Of a stretch of DNA of 64,000 nucleotides, positions 56,037 to 64,000 are shown one piece after another (within the stretch, counting starts at the first letter, position 1; each line of letters opens with the position of its first letter). This DNA is from Smithellaceae bacterium. Lineage in GTDB: Bacteria > Desulfobacterota > Syntrophia > Syntrophales > Smithellaceae. The notes beneath the pieces are model-generated. The model was not told the DNA's origin. It searched no databases and saw only the letters and a program-made list of their open reading frames with translations. The DNA lies in NCBI GenBank assembly GCA_963667845.2, contig CAXXVL010000001.1, positions 971,744 through 1,035,743 of the forward strand. Reading direction: 5' to 3'. Both the position numbers and the translations under genes were made by a program.

Positions 56037-56234
56037 TTACCGAATAAGCATTCCAGAGTCGGCGGTTTCCTTCACCAGCTTATCGCCCACGGATGTTCCG
56101 CAATAAATGCAGCTATAATCGTACTTGTCCCCTTCGGATAAAACGAGAAGCAGCCTCTTTCGCACGGGTACGGCCCGTCCGCACTTTGGGCAGAACAGCT
56201 CCGTCGCATCAAAATCTTTATAGGACGGTTTCAT
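56037..56234 (-). CDS. Small zinc-ribbon protein
   Basis: CPKC...CIYC; start overlaps the nadE stop (ATGA). Confidence 0.75.
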   Translation of the reverse strand: MKPSYKDFDATELFCPKCGRAVPVRKRLLLVLSEGDKYDYSCIYCGTSVGDKLVKETADSGMLIR

Positions 56235-58297
56235 CGGTCATCATCCTTGTCCGGGATTTCTGTCCAATTCGCAAGCCAGACAGTTGCTTCGCTGTCGCTG
56301 GGTGCGCGCCAGTCGCCGCGCGGGGAAAGTGATCCGCCGGAGCCAACCTTAGGGCTGTTGGGAACACAGGAACGTTTGTACTGGGATGTTTTGAAAAATC
56401 GATGCAGGTAAACATGCAGCCACTTCTTGATCTCTGCAAGGCTGTAACTGTTCTGCTTTTTCAGAGGTACATCCGGCCATGAGCCTTTCGTCTTGTCCCT
56501 CCAGGCGATATAGGCGAGAAATGCAACTTTTGTCGGAAGATAGCCGAAGCGAGTAATGTAGAAGTTGTTAAAATCCTGCAATTCATAAGGACCGATCGTG
56601 GCTTCCGTCTTCTGTAGCGGCTGATTATCTTTCTCTCCGGGAATGAGTTCCGGTGAAATTTCCGTTTCCAGAACAGCCAGAAGAATGTCCGACACCTCCC
56701 CAGAAAACTGATGAGTTTGCGCGACCCAGCGGATTAAGTATTGAATAAGCGTTTTGGGGACACTGGCATTGACATTATAATGCGACATGTGGTCGCCAAT
56801 GCCGTAAGTGCTCCAGCCCAGTGCAAGCTCACTTAGATCACCTGTGCCGACGACAAGAGCATTGTTCATGTTAGCGAGGCGGAAAAGATGCGCCGATCGC
56901 TGACCCGCTTGAACATTTTCAAAGGCGATGTCGTAGACTTTTTTACCGCGAGTAAACGGATGCCCGATATCTTTGAGCATCTGCATGCAAGCCGGCTTGA
57001 TATCAATTTCATTGGCTTCCACTCCCAGGGCGTTCATCAGATTGATGGCGTTGCGATAGGTCTTGCTGCTTGTCCCGAAAGCGGGCATTGTGTAAGCTTT
57101 AACATGATTGCGTGGTAGACCCAGCAGATCCATAGTTCTTGCCGCAACGATCAGGGCATGTGTAGAGTCCAGTCCGCCGGAAACACCGATGACCAGATTG
57201 GGAATGCCGGAGGCTTTAAGCCTCTTAGCCAGACCCTGAACCTGGATATTATAGGCCTCGTAACAGCGCTGATCGCGTTTTCCCGGATCAGCCGGGATAT
57301 AAGGAAAGCGCGGGAATTCCCGATCCGGAAGCAATCGGCCCTGCGGGCAGTCCATTTCAAATTCAACATGGCGAAATTCGGACAATCGATTTTTGTAATC
57401 CGTTGCATTTTGACCAAAAGTGGTAAGTCGCATCCGGTCCTGCGCCAGTCGATCCAAATCAATATCGCCAAAAATGATTTGCGCCGATGTCGAAAAGCGT
57501 TCGGATTCCGACAAGAGATTGCCGTTTTCATAAATCATCGCATGGCCATCCCATGCCAGATCCGTCGTCGATTCGCCGAAACCCGCCGCGGCATAAAGAT
57601 AGGCAGAAACACAACGGGCCGACTGGCTGGCGGCCAGTTGGTGCCGGTATTCGGATTTGCCAATGGTAATGTTGGAAGCTGACAGATTACCTACGACAGT
57701 GGCGCCGGCCAGCGCTGCAAAACTTGAAGGCGGGATCGGAACCCAGACATCTTCACAGATCTCAAAGAACAGCGCCAGGTTGTTCACATTGGCGGCTCTA
57801 AAAATCAAATTTGCACCGAAGGGGATATTTTTTTGACCGGCTAGTGCTATCGTTGATGAAAGAGCTGCAGCAGCGGGAGAAAATTGTCTGGCTTCGTAGT
57901 ATTCGCGATAATTAGGCAGATATGATTTGACTGCTACGCCGAGAATTTTGCCATGGTAAAACACTATCGCGCAGTTAAACAAACGACAATCTACCTGCAA
58001 GGGCGCGCCGCAGACAACAACCAAATTCAACTTGGCCGTTGCTTTTTTGATCGTTACTAAAGCGCCTGCTGCGCTTTTGAGCAGCGCATCCTGATGAAAT
58101 AGATCTTCATTAGAGTAGGCTGTGAGCCCCAGTTCCGGGAAAATGGCGATAATCGCTTTTTGGCGTGCAGCTTTGCGAGCAAGTTCTATCGTTTTTTGTG
58201 TATTGAAAGAAACATCGGCGACCCTGACTTCGGGAATGCAGACTGCCGTGCGGATAAAACCCTGCTGATAGAGATTGAAAAAGGTTTTTGCAGCCAT
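56231..58297 (-). CDS. nadE: Glutamine-dependent NAD+ synthetase
   Basis: Nitrilase domain (FPEL, EICED), SGGLDST, ENVQAG, TGDLSE. Confidence 0.96.
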   Translation of the reverse strand: MAAKTFFNLYQQGFIRTAVCIPEVRVADVSFNTQKTIELARKAARQKAIIAIFPELGLTAYSNEDLFHQDALLKSAAGALVTIKKATAKLNLVVVCGAPLQVDCRLFNCAIVFYHGKILGVAVKSYLPNYREYYEARQFSPAAAALSSTIALAGQKNIPFGANLIFRAANVNNLALFFEICEDVWVPIPPSSFAALAGATVVGNLSASNITIGKSEYRHQLAASQSARCVSAYLYAAAGFGESTTDLAWDGHAMIYENGNLLSESERFSTSAQIIFGDIDLDRLAQDRMRLTTFGQNATDYKNRLSEFRHVEFEMDCPQGRLLPDREFPRFPYIPADPGKRDQRCYEAYNIQVQGLAKRLKASGIPNLVIGVSGGLDSTHALIVAARTMDLLGLPRNHVKAYTMPAFGTSSKTYRNAINLMNALGVEANEIDIKPACMQMLKDIGHPFTRGKKVYDIAFENVQAGQRSAHLFRLANMNNALVVGTGDLSELALGWSTYGIGDHMSHYNVNASVPKTLIQYLIRWVAQTHQFSGEVSDILLAVLETEISPELIPGEKDNQPLQKTEATIGPYELQDFNNFYITRFGYLPTKVAFLAYIAWRDKTKGSWPDVPLKKQNSYSLAEIKKWLHVYLHRFFKTSQYKRSCVPNSPKVGSGGSLSPRGDWRAPSDSEATVWLANWTEIPDKDDDR

Positions 58298-58300
58298 AGA

Positions 58301-59068
58301 TTATCCTTTCTCGACGTAAGCGTAGGCACTATGATTGTGGATACTTTCAAAATTTTCCGCTTCAATGCTGTACCATGTGAAATTGTCATTTGCGTTGAGC
58401 TTCACGGCTACGCTGCGGACGACGTCCTCCACAAACTTCGGGTTTTCGTATGCTTTTTCGGTGACAAACTTTTCATCCACCCGCTTTAAAAGGGAATATA
58501 CCTCTCCACTGGCTGAGTCTTCAACCATTTTTATCAGATCTTCAATCCAAAAGAATTTTTTGAAACGCACTTTCACCGTTACAATGCTGCGTTGATTATG
58601 CGCACCGAATGCGCTGATTTCTTTAGAGCAGGGGCACAGGGTTGTCACCGGCACTACGACACCCACTAAGAAATCCGTTCGCTCGTCATTATTTTCGCCG
58701 GCGAAGAAACAGCGATATTCCATGGGGCTTTTAGCTTTGGAGACAGGAGCCGTTTTTTCCAGGAAATAAGGAAAATCGATTTCCATATGTGCGGAGGGAG
58801 CATGCAATTTTTGCCGCATCTTTTCCAGAATCGTCTGAAATGTTTTAATGCTGATGTGCCCTTTAAAATCGTTAAGCACTTCCACGAACCGACTCATATG
58901 GGTGCCCTTGAAATGATGCGGAAGGTTAACATACATATTAATCGTTGCATTTACCGGCTGAGTGCCACGGGCACGATCCAGCACGATGATCGGATACTTG
59001 ATGTTTTTGACCCCGACTTTTTGAATATCGATGTTACGAAAATCTTTCTGGTTTTGAATGTCTATCAT
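58301..59068 (-). CDS. folE2: GTP cyclohydrolase I type 2
   Basis: KGTHMSRF, TLCPCSK, AHNQRS, NPKFVED, ESIHNH. Confidence 0.96.
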   Translation of the reverse strand: MIDIQNQKDFRNIDIQKVGVKNIKYPIIVLDRARGTQPVNATINMYVNLPHHFKGTHMSRFVEVLNDFKGHISIKTFQTILEKMRQKLHAPSAHMEIDFPYFLEKTAPVSKAKSPMEYRCFFAGENNDERTDFLVGVVVPVTTLCPCSKEISAFGAHNQRSIVTVKVRFKKFFWIEDLIKMVEDSASGEVYSLLKRVDEKFVTEKAYENPKFVEDVVRSVAVKLNANDNFTWYSIEAENFESIHNHSAYAYVEKG

Positions 59069-59076
59069 ATAAAAAC

Positions 59077-59190
59077 AGGTGAAAGGCGCAAGGTGCAAGG
59101 TCAAAGGCTTTAAGCGGCGGGCTGCGCCTCTGGTTAATGCTTATGTTTTTATTTTTCCCTTGAACCTTTGGCCTTTATCCTTTCTCCTCG
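59077..59190. repeat. Inverted heptamer-repeat element between queD and folE2
   Basis: (NNNAAGG)x4 at 59080-59107 facing (CCTTNNN)x4 from 59158. Confidence 0.55.
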
Positions 59191-59552
59191 CTATACGTTA
59201 CTACCGAGCTTTCCGATTCCCACACTTTAACCTGAATCACCCTGACTTCGGCTCCTTTAACTCTGATTTTCATTTCCTGAAAAACATAATAAGCGATGTT
59301 TTCTGAAGAAGGATTCTGTTCGCTAAAAAAAGAAAGGTCATTCAGATGCTGGTGATCCATCTTATCAAGAATCTCTTTGAGCCATTTTTTAACCAAGCGA
59401 AAGTCAATTAAAATACCTTCATTCGTTAATCGAGATCCGCCGACGGTAACTTCGACCTTGAAATTATGGCCGTGTAATTCCTCACATTGTCCGCCGATTT
59501 CTGCCAATAGATGCGCTGCTGAAAATGATTTGATTATTGTTATTTCGAACAT
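59175..59552 (-). CDS. queD: 6-carboxytetrahydropterin synthase
   Basis: FSAAH, CEELHGHN, DHQHLN, NPSSENIA, VWES. Confidence 0.94.
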   Translation of the reverse strand: MFEITIIKSFSAAHLLAEIGGQCEELHGHNFKVEVTVGGSRLTNEGILIDFRLVKKWLKEILDKMDHQHLNDLSFFSEQNPSSENIAYYVFQEMKIRVKGAEVRVIQVKVWESESSVVTYSEEKG

Positions 59553-59813
59553 TTCATTAATCCTTGAAATCAAATATTCTAAATGCTTCAGCCAAGATCG
59601 AATTATTAATAAATCTTTATTGAAAGAATGCCTATCATATTTTCGCTTGTGAGAAAATCATTTAAATAATTTGCATAAAATTGAGCAAATTGACGACTTA
59701 TTGCTGAAAATGGCCTATTTTTTTGAATGAATTGCATTTTTTTTGAAGTGATTAAGATCACAATCTATTTTAAAAACAAATGAAATCCATCATTAATGTA
59801 AAAATGTCTGATT

Positions 59814-59829
59814 TGGCATACCCATTGCT
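59814..59829 (+). promoter_or_regulatory. Sigma54 promoter of pilin 1
   Basis: TGGCATACCCATTGCT (GG-N10-GC). Confidence 0.8.
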
Positions 59830-59972
59830 TAAAAACATGTGAAAATTGAGAAAATGAAGAATATTTAGGAGGTGAAGACAACAAAAAATAGTTGAAAAAA
59901 TCAATTTATTATGCCAGAAATGACCAGCAAAAAGTAACCAAATAAAACACTTATTGAAAAAGGAGGACTATT

Positions 59973-60347
59973 ATGTTGAAAGCATTTCATAGAGAATCAG
60001 GTCAGAAGGGCTTCACCCTGATCGAGTTGATGATCGTTATCGCGATTATCGGTATTCTGGCGGCCATCGCCATCCCGCAATTTGTATCCTACAGGCAGAA
60101 GGGATACAATACTCAGGCAAAGGGCGAGTTAAAGAGTCTATACACGGCCTGCCAGGCTTATTTTGCAGACAGTCCTACTGGTGCATCCTGTTCAGAAACC
60201 GAACCAAAGATAGCCGCCGTTTTCCAGAAATCACCTGCAGTTACATTTGTTATAGCTGGCGGTCAGACACTGAATGGTACAACAGCAGTTCACAGTGCAG
60301 GTACGTCAACGTATACCATCATGTCGAGCGGAAATATCCTGCCGTAA
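59973..60347 (+). CDS. pilA: Type IVa pilin 1
   Basis: [36 protein letters not shown]; 111-aa mature protein. Confidence 0.93.
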   Translation: MLKAFHRESGQKGFTLIELMIVIAIIGILAAIAIPQFVSYRQKGYNTQAKGELKSLYTACQAYFADSPTGASCSETEPKIAAVFQKSPAVTFVIAGGQTLNGTTAVHSAGTSTYTIMSSGNILP

Positions 60348-60373
60348 TTAAAACAATATAAATTTATTTAGCG

Positions 60374-60408
60374 GAAAGGCTGGTTAATTTTGACCAGCCT
60401 TTCTTTTT
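60374..60408 (+). terminator. Intrinsic terminator after pilin 1
   Basis: GAAAGGCTGGTTAA-T-TTTGACCAGCCTTTC followed by T5. Confidence 0.8.
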
Positions 60409-60440
60409 ATGTTTTATAATTTGTCTTTTTTTGGAAAAAT

Positions 60441-60800
60441 CAATTGGAAGCTGCCATTGCTGATTTTACAACCGCTCTTGAAATTAATTCCGCTATGGCT
60501 GATTATTTTAATTACCATGGTGTGGCATTGCGTTTAACGGGCGAGTACAAAAAATCATTTTCCGATGTCGATCAGGGGCCATAAAAGATCAACCGCAAAT
60601 TTGCGGAAGCCTATTTCAGTCGATGGATGGTCTACGATATATACGTGCAATATACCGGTGCGGTTGCAGACTTTAATCAGGCAATAAGAATCAAACCGAA
60701 ATATGTGATGCATATTTCTTTTAAGGTATATCCTTCACCTCTCTCGGCAAATACAAGGATGCCATCAATGATTTTCGACAAGTGTTGAGCATCAATGACG
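60441..60800 (+). pseudogene. Decayed TPR-repeat fragment paralogous to the C-terminus of 61625-63720
   Basis: AIADFTTALEINSAMADYFNYHGVALRLTGEYKKSFSD...AVADFNQAIRIKPKY...DAINDFRQVL with stops/frameshifts and no N-terminus. Confidence 0.75.
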
Positions 60801-60988
60801 GTTATATTCCGTCTCATAATAATTGATGTCAAAATGACCCAATCATGTCGAATTCCACCATATTCTCTCATACAATTTAACATACTTTATCCTCGAATTT
60901 GAATCTTAATAAAGCTTAGTATTTGATTTTGAATGATAAATTAAAAATTAGAACCGTAAAAAATGCATATATATCTGTGATTGCTTTT

Positions 60989-61004
60989 TGGCGTACAAGT
61001 TGCT
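60989..61004 (+). promoter_or_regulatory. Sigma54 promoter of pilin 2
   Basis: TGGCGTACAAGTTGCT (GG-N10-GC). Confidence 0.78.
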
Positions 61005-61126
61005 TTAAACAAAAATACATTATTAAGTTACCGTGATTTAAAATTATGATAGGGAAAACTCAAACAATTAATGGATTCGATTATTCAGAAACATTAAGTC
61101 ATATGAATGTGAAAGAGGGAGCATTT

Positions 61127-61492
61127 ATGTTTAAATATTTCGCAAAGACCGAAGGGAAAAGAGGTTTCACGCTAATCGAATTGATGATCGTAATCGCTAT
61201 TATCGGCATACTGGCTGCCATAGCCATACCTCAGTTCGCATCATACAGGCAGAAAGGATATAACACGAAAGCAAAGGCTGAATTGAGAAGTTATTATACG
61301 GCCTGTCAGGCTTATTTTGCCGCATATACTGCCAGTAATTGCGATCAGAGCACTGTGTCAGACACGTACAATAAATCGGGCGATATTATCCTTATCCCGG
61401 CGGCCGGTCAGGCGATGATAGGTGCTCAAGCATACCACACCGCGGGCACATCAACTTATACAGTTAGTTCAGGCGGCAATATTCTTCCGTAA
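61127..61492 (+). CDS. pilA: Type IVa pilin 2
   Basis: [29 protein letters not shown] 61127 with GAGGGAG; 108-aa mature protein. Confidence 0.93.
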   Translation: MFKYFAKTEGKRGFTLIELMIVIAIIGILAAIAIPQFASYRQKGYNTKAKAELRSYYTACQAYFAAYTASNCDQSTVSDTYNKSGDIILIPAAGQAMIGAQAYHTAGTSTYTVSSGGNILP

Positions 61493-61514
61493 TTTTTAGA
61501 TATGAACATTTTTT

Positions 61515-61551
61515 AAGGAAGGCTGGTCTGTTTTACCCGGCCTTCCTTTTT
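61515..61551 (+). terminator. Intrinsic terminator after pilin 2
   Basis: AAGGAAGGCTGG...CCGGCCTTCC followed by T5. Confidence 0.78.
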
Positions 61552-61624
61552 GTATTTTATAACTTCTCTCTTTTTTTTATTGTGTTTTTATATTAATTGC
61601 GCTTTCATTGTTGGAGTGTTTAAG

Positions 61625-63720
61625 ATGATGAGTAAAATGTCCTGGCAGAAATTAACGGCGATTGTCAGTATTACAGGGTTGAGCTTTCTGGTTTACGCTC
61701 AGGTGCTTCACTTCGGATTCGCCAACATTGACGATAGCGTTTATGTCACACAAAACTCTCATGTTTTAGGTGGACTATCGATTGCGAATTTAAAATGGGC
61801 CTTAACCTCTACTTTTGCGGGTTTCTGGCATCCTCTCACATGGCTTTCCCTGATGCTGGACGCGCAAATTTATGGGTTTTTGGGCGGGCGGATACCATTT
61901 CACAAACCTGTTATTACATCTTGCCAGTAGTCTGTTGCTTTTTACCATTTTCCGCAGAATGACCGGTTCTTTCTGGAAAAGCGGATTTGTGGCCGCTTTG
62001 TTTGCTCTCCATCCGCTGCATGTTGAATCTGTTGCCTGGGTCGGGGAAAGAAAAGATGTGTTGAGTGCCTTCTGGGGTATGCTCACACTGTATGCTTACG
62101 TTTATTATGCGGAGCATCCCGGGATAAGGCGATATCTGCTTGTTTTGATCTCTTTCTTCTTAGGCTTAATGTCTAAGCCGATGCTGGTCACCTTACCATT
62201 TGTCCTGCTGCTCCTGGACTATTGGCCTCTTCGTCGACTATCTTTATCATTCAAATCCGGCAATGAGAAGGTTGCTGATAAGGAAAGCATCATGATGTCA
62301 AGGATAACCCCTGTCTCGCGGCTTATCCTGGAGAAAATTCCTCTTTTCTTTTTAATACTGCCGATCAGTCTTGTTACTTTTGTGGCCGAAAAAAAGTTTG
62401 GGGCTTTACCATCACTAGACTCTTTTCCATTATATGCACGAATTTTCAATGCAATTATTTCTTATATCCGTTACATTGGAAAAAACACTGTTTCCTATCA
62501 ATTTGTCGGTTTATTATCCCCATCCTGGAATGTGGCCGGTATGGCAGATAGTGGTAGCCGGAAGCATTCTTGTTTTAGTGAGCATCTGGGTATTTCGCAA
62601 AATGGGACCGTTATCCGTATCTCGTCGTAGGGTGGCTTTGGTACCTGGGAACGCTGGTCCCGGTGATCGGCTTCATTCAGATTGGCCCATCCTCAATAGC
62701 TGACCGTTACACCTATATCCCGATTATCGGTTTATTTATTCTGCTTGCCTGGGGTATTGCGGATTTGGCGCGTCGACTTCCGCACGCAAAAGTTTTCTTG
62801 AGCATCGGGGGAGTATTGCTCCTTGTCATACTTTCATTTCTGAGTTGGCAACGATGCCATTTGTGGGGCGACAACTATTTATTATGGGATGATGTTTTAA
62901 AAAAATTTAATTTTTCTGACATCAGTCGTATTCAGGAAAAGCAAAGAATAGCTTTTTGCATATAACTTCAGAGGAATGGGTTACGCTGAAAAGGGCCGTT
63001 ACCAGCAGGCCATTGATGATTACAATACGGCGTTGCAAATCAACAATCAGTTTGGAGACGCATTAAATAATCGAGCAAATGCACACGCAGCGATTGGACA
63101 AAGTGATTTGGCGCTTGAGGATTATGCGAGGTTGGTTGCTATAAATCCCAGATATGCCGATGCTTATTATAACCGGGGCAATCTGCATCTATCCCTGAAG
63201 GATTTAGATAAGGCCATCAATGATTTTACGAAAGCGATAAAGATTGATCCCGCCATGGCGGACGCTTTCAATAACAGGGGTGTCGCTTTTCGTTTGCAGG
63301 GGCAGTATGAAAAAGCGTTTGCTGATTTTTAACAGCGCTTTGAGCATCAATAGTAAAAATGCGGAATCTTATTTTAACAAAGGGATCGTCTTTTACGTGC
63401 ACGCGCAATATTTCCCTGCCATTGCTAATTTTACGGAGGCATTGAGCATTAATCCCCGGTTCGTAGATTCTTATTTCTTCCGCGGGCTGTCTTTTGTTGC
63501 TCTCGGGAAAAATGAAAATGCTATCAGAGACCTTCGGAGTGTCTTAAATAACAACGCAAATCATCTTCAGGCTCTCAATAGTCTCGCCGATTTGCTGTAT
63601 AAAATGAAACGATATGAAGAAGCGTCTGCTCAGTATAAAAAAATATTGCTGATCAATCCCAATGATCATAATGCTCTGAACAGTTTGAGGGAAATCGGAA
63701 AACTCCGGAGCACGCCATGA
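61625..63720 (+). CDS. TMTC-like membrane glycosyltransferase with C-terminal TPRs, split by five +1 homopolymer frameshifts
   Basis: Six consecutive ORF pieces join into one protein: FANIDD, WHPLTWLS, HPLHVESVAW..ERKD, SKPM, ADRYTYIP, then about 7 TPRs. Confidence 0.85.
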
Positions 63721-63994
63721 CATTGGCTTCCCTGAATGTTCGTCAGAAAAAAACTGTCGTTATGCTTTTTTTAATTGTTAGCGTTCTTGCTGTTTATTGG
63801 CAGGCGCGGGAGTTCAACTTTATCAATTTAGATGACAATCTTTCCGTAACGAAGTTACGCTGAAAAAGACAAAAAAATATGAAGAATCTGGCGTTCAGTT
63901 CAAGAAAATTTTGGCTATCAAAGCCGATGATGATGAGGCTTTGAAATATTTAAAAGAAATTGAAACTTTAATAAACTGGATTGAATTCAAATAG
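63717..63994 (+). pseudogene. Internally deleted paralog of the TMTC-like gene
   Basis: N-terminus (VLAVYWQAREFNFINLDD) directly joined to YAEK and the last TPR (YEESGVQFKKILAIKADDDEALKYL). Confidence 0.7.
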
Positions 63995-64000
63995 TGGATC

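Overview
Bacterial chromosomal window, probably from an anaerobic deltaproteobacterium (Syntrophales-like; inferred from gene content and protein style, not verified). About 16.3-59.6 kb is mostly housekeeping: purA-serA-serC, a GAF-PilB ATPase, glyQS, ompA, recO, pyrRBC with a PyrR attenuator, lepB, queA-tgt-yajC-secDF, mazG, nadE, folE2 and queD. About 1-16.2 kb is an accessory region at the 3' side of a tRNA-Lys(UUU) gene. It holds a PP2C phosphatase, a decayed luxR, a tightly packed 5-gene operon (methyltransferase, unknown, atypical receiver, membrane protein, 502-aa unknown), clpS-clpA-aat, a 33-bp palindrome with a 6-bp flanking duplication, a DUF3489-DUF2924-large serine recombinase module and an N6-methyltransferase plus PD-(D/E)XK-like gene pair. 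It also holds three 204-bp tandem repeats, each carrying a degenerate tRNA-like copy and a strong hairpin. About 59.8-64 kb has two sigma54-driven, aromatic-rich type IV pilin genes, each followed by TPR/membrane glycosyltransferase-like sequence. Several +1 homopolymer frameshifts (clpA, the terminal TPR gene) are most likely sequencing errors. All family names come from motif recognition by eye; no searches were run.
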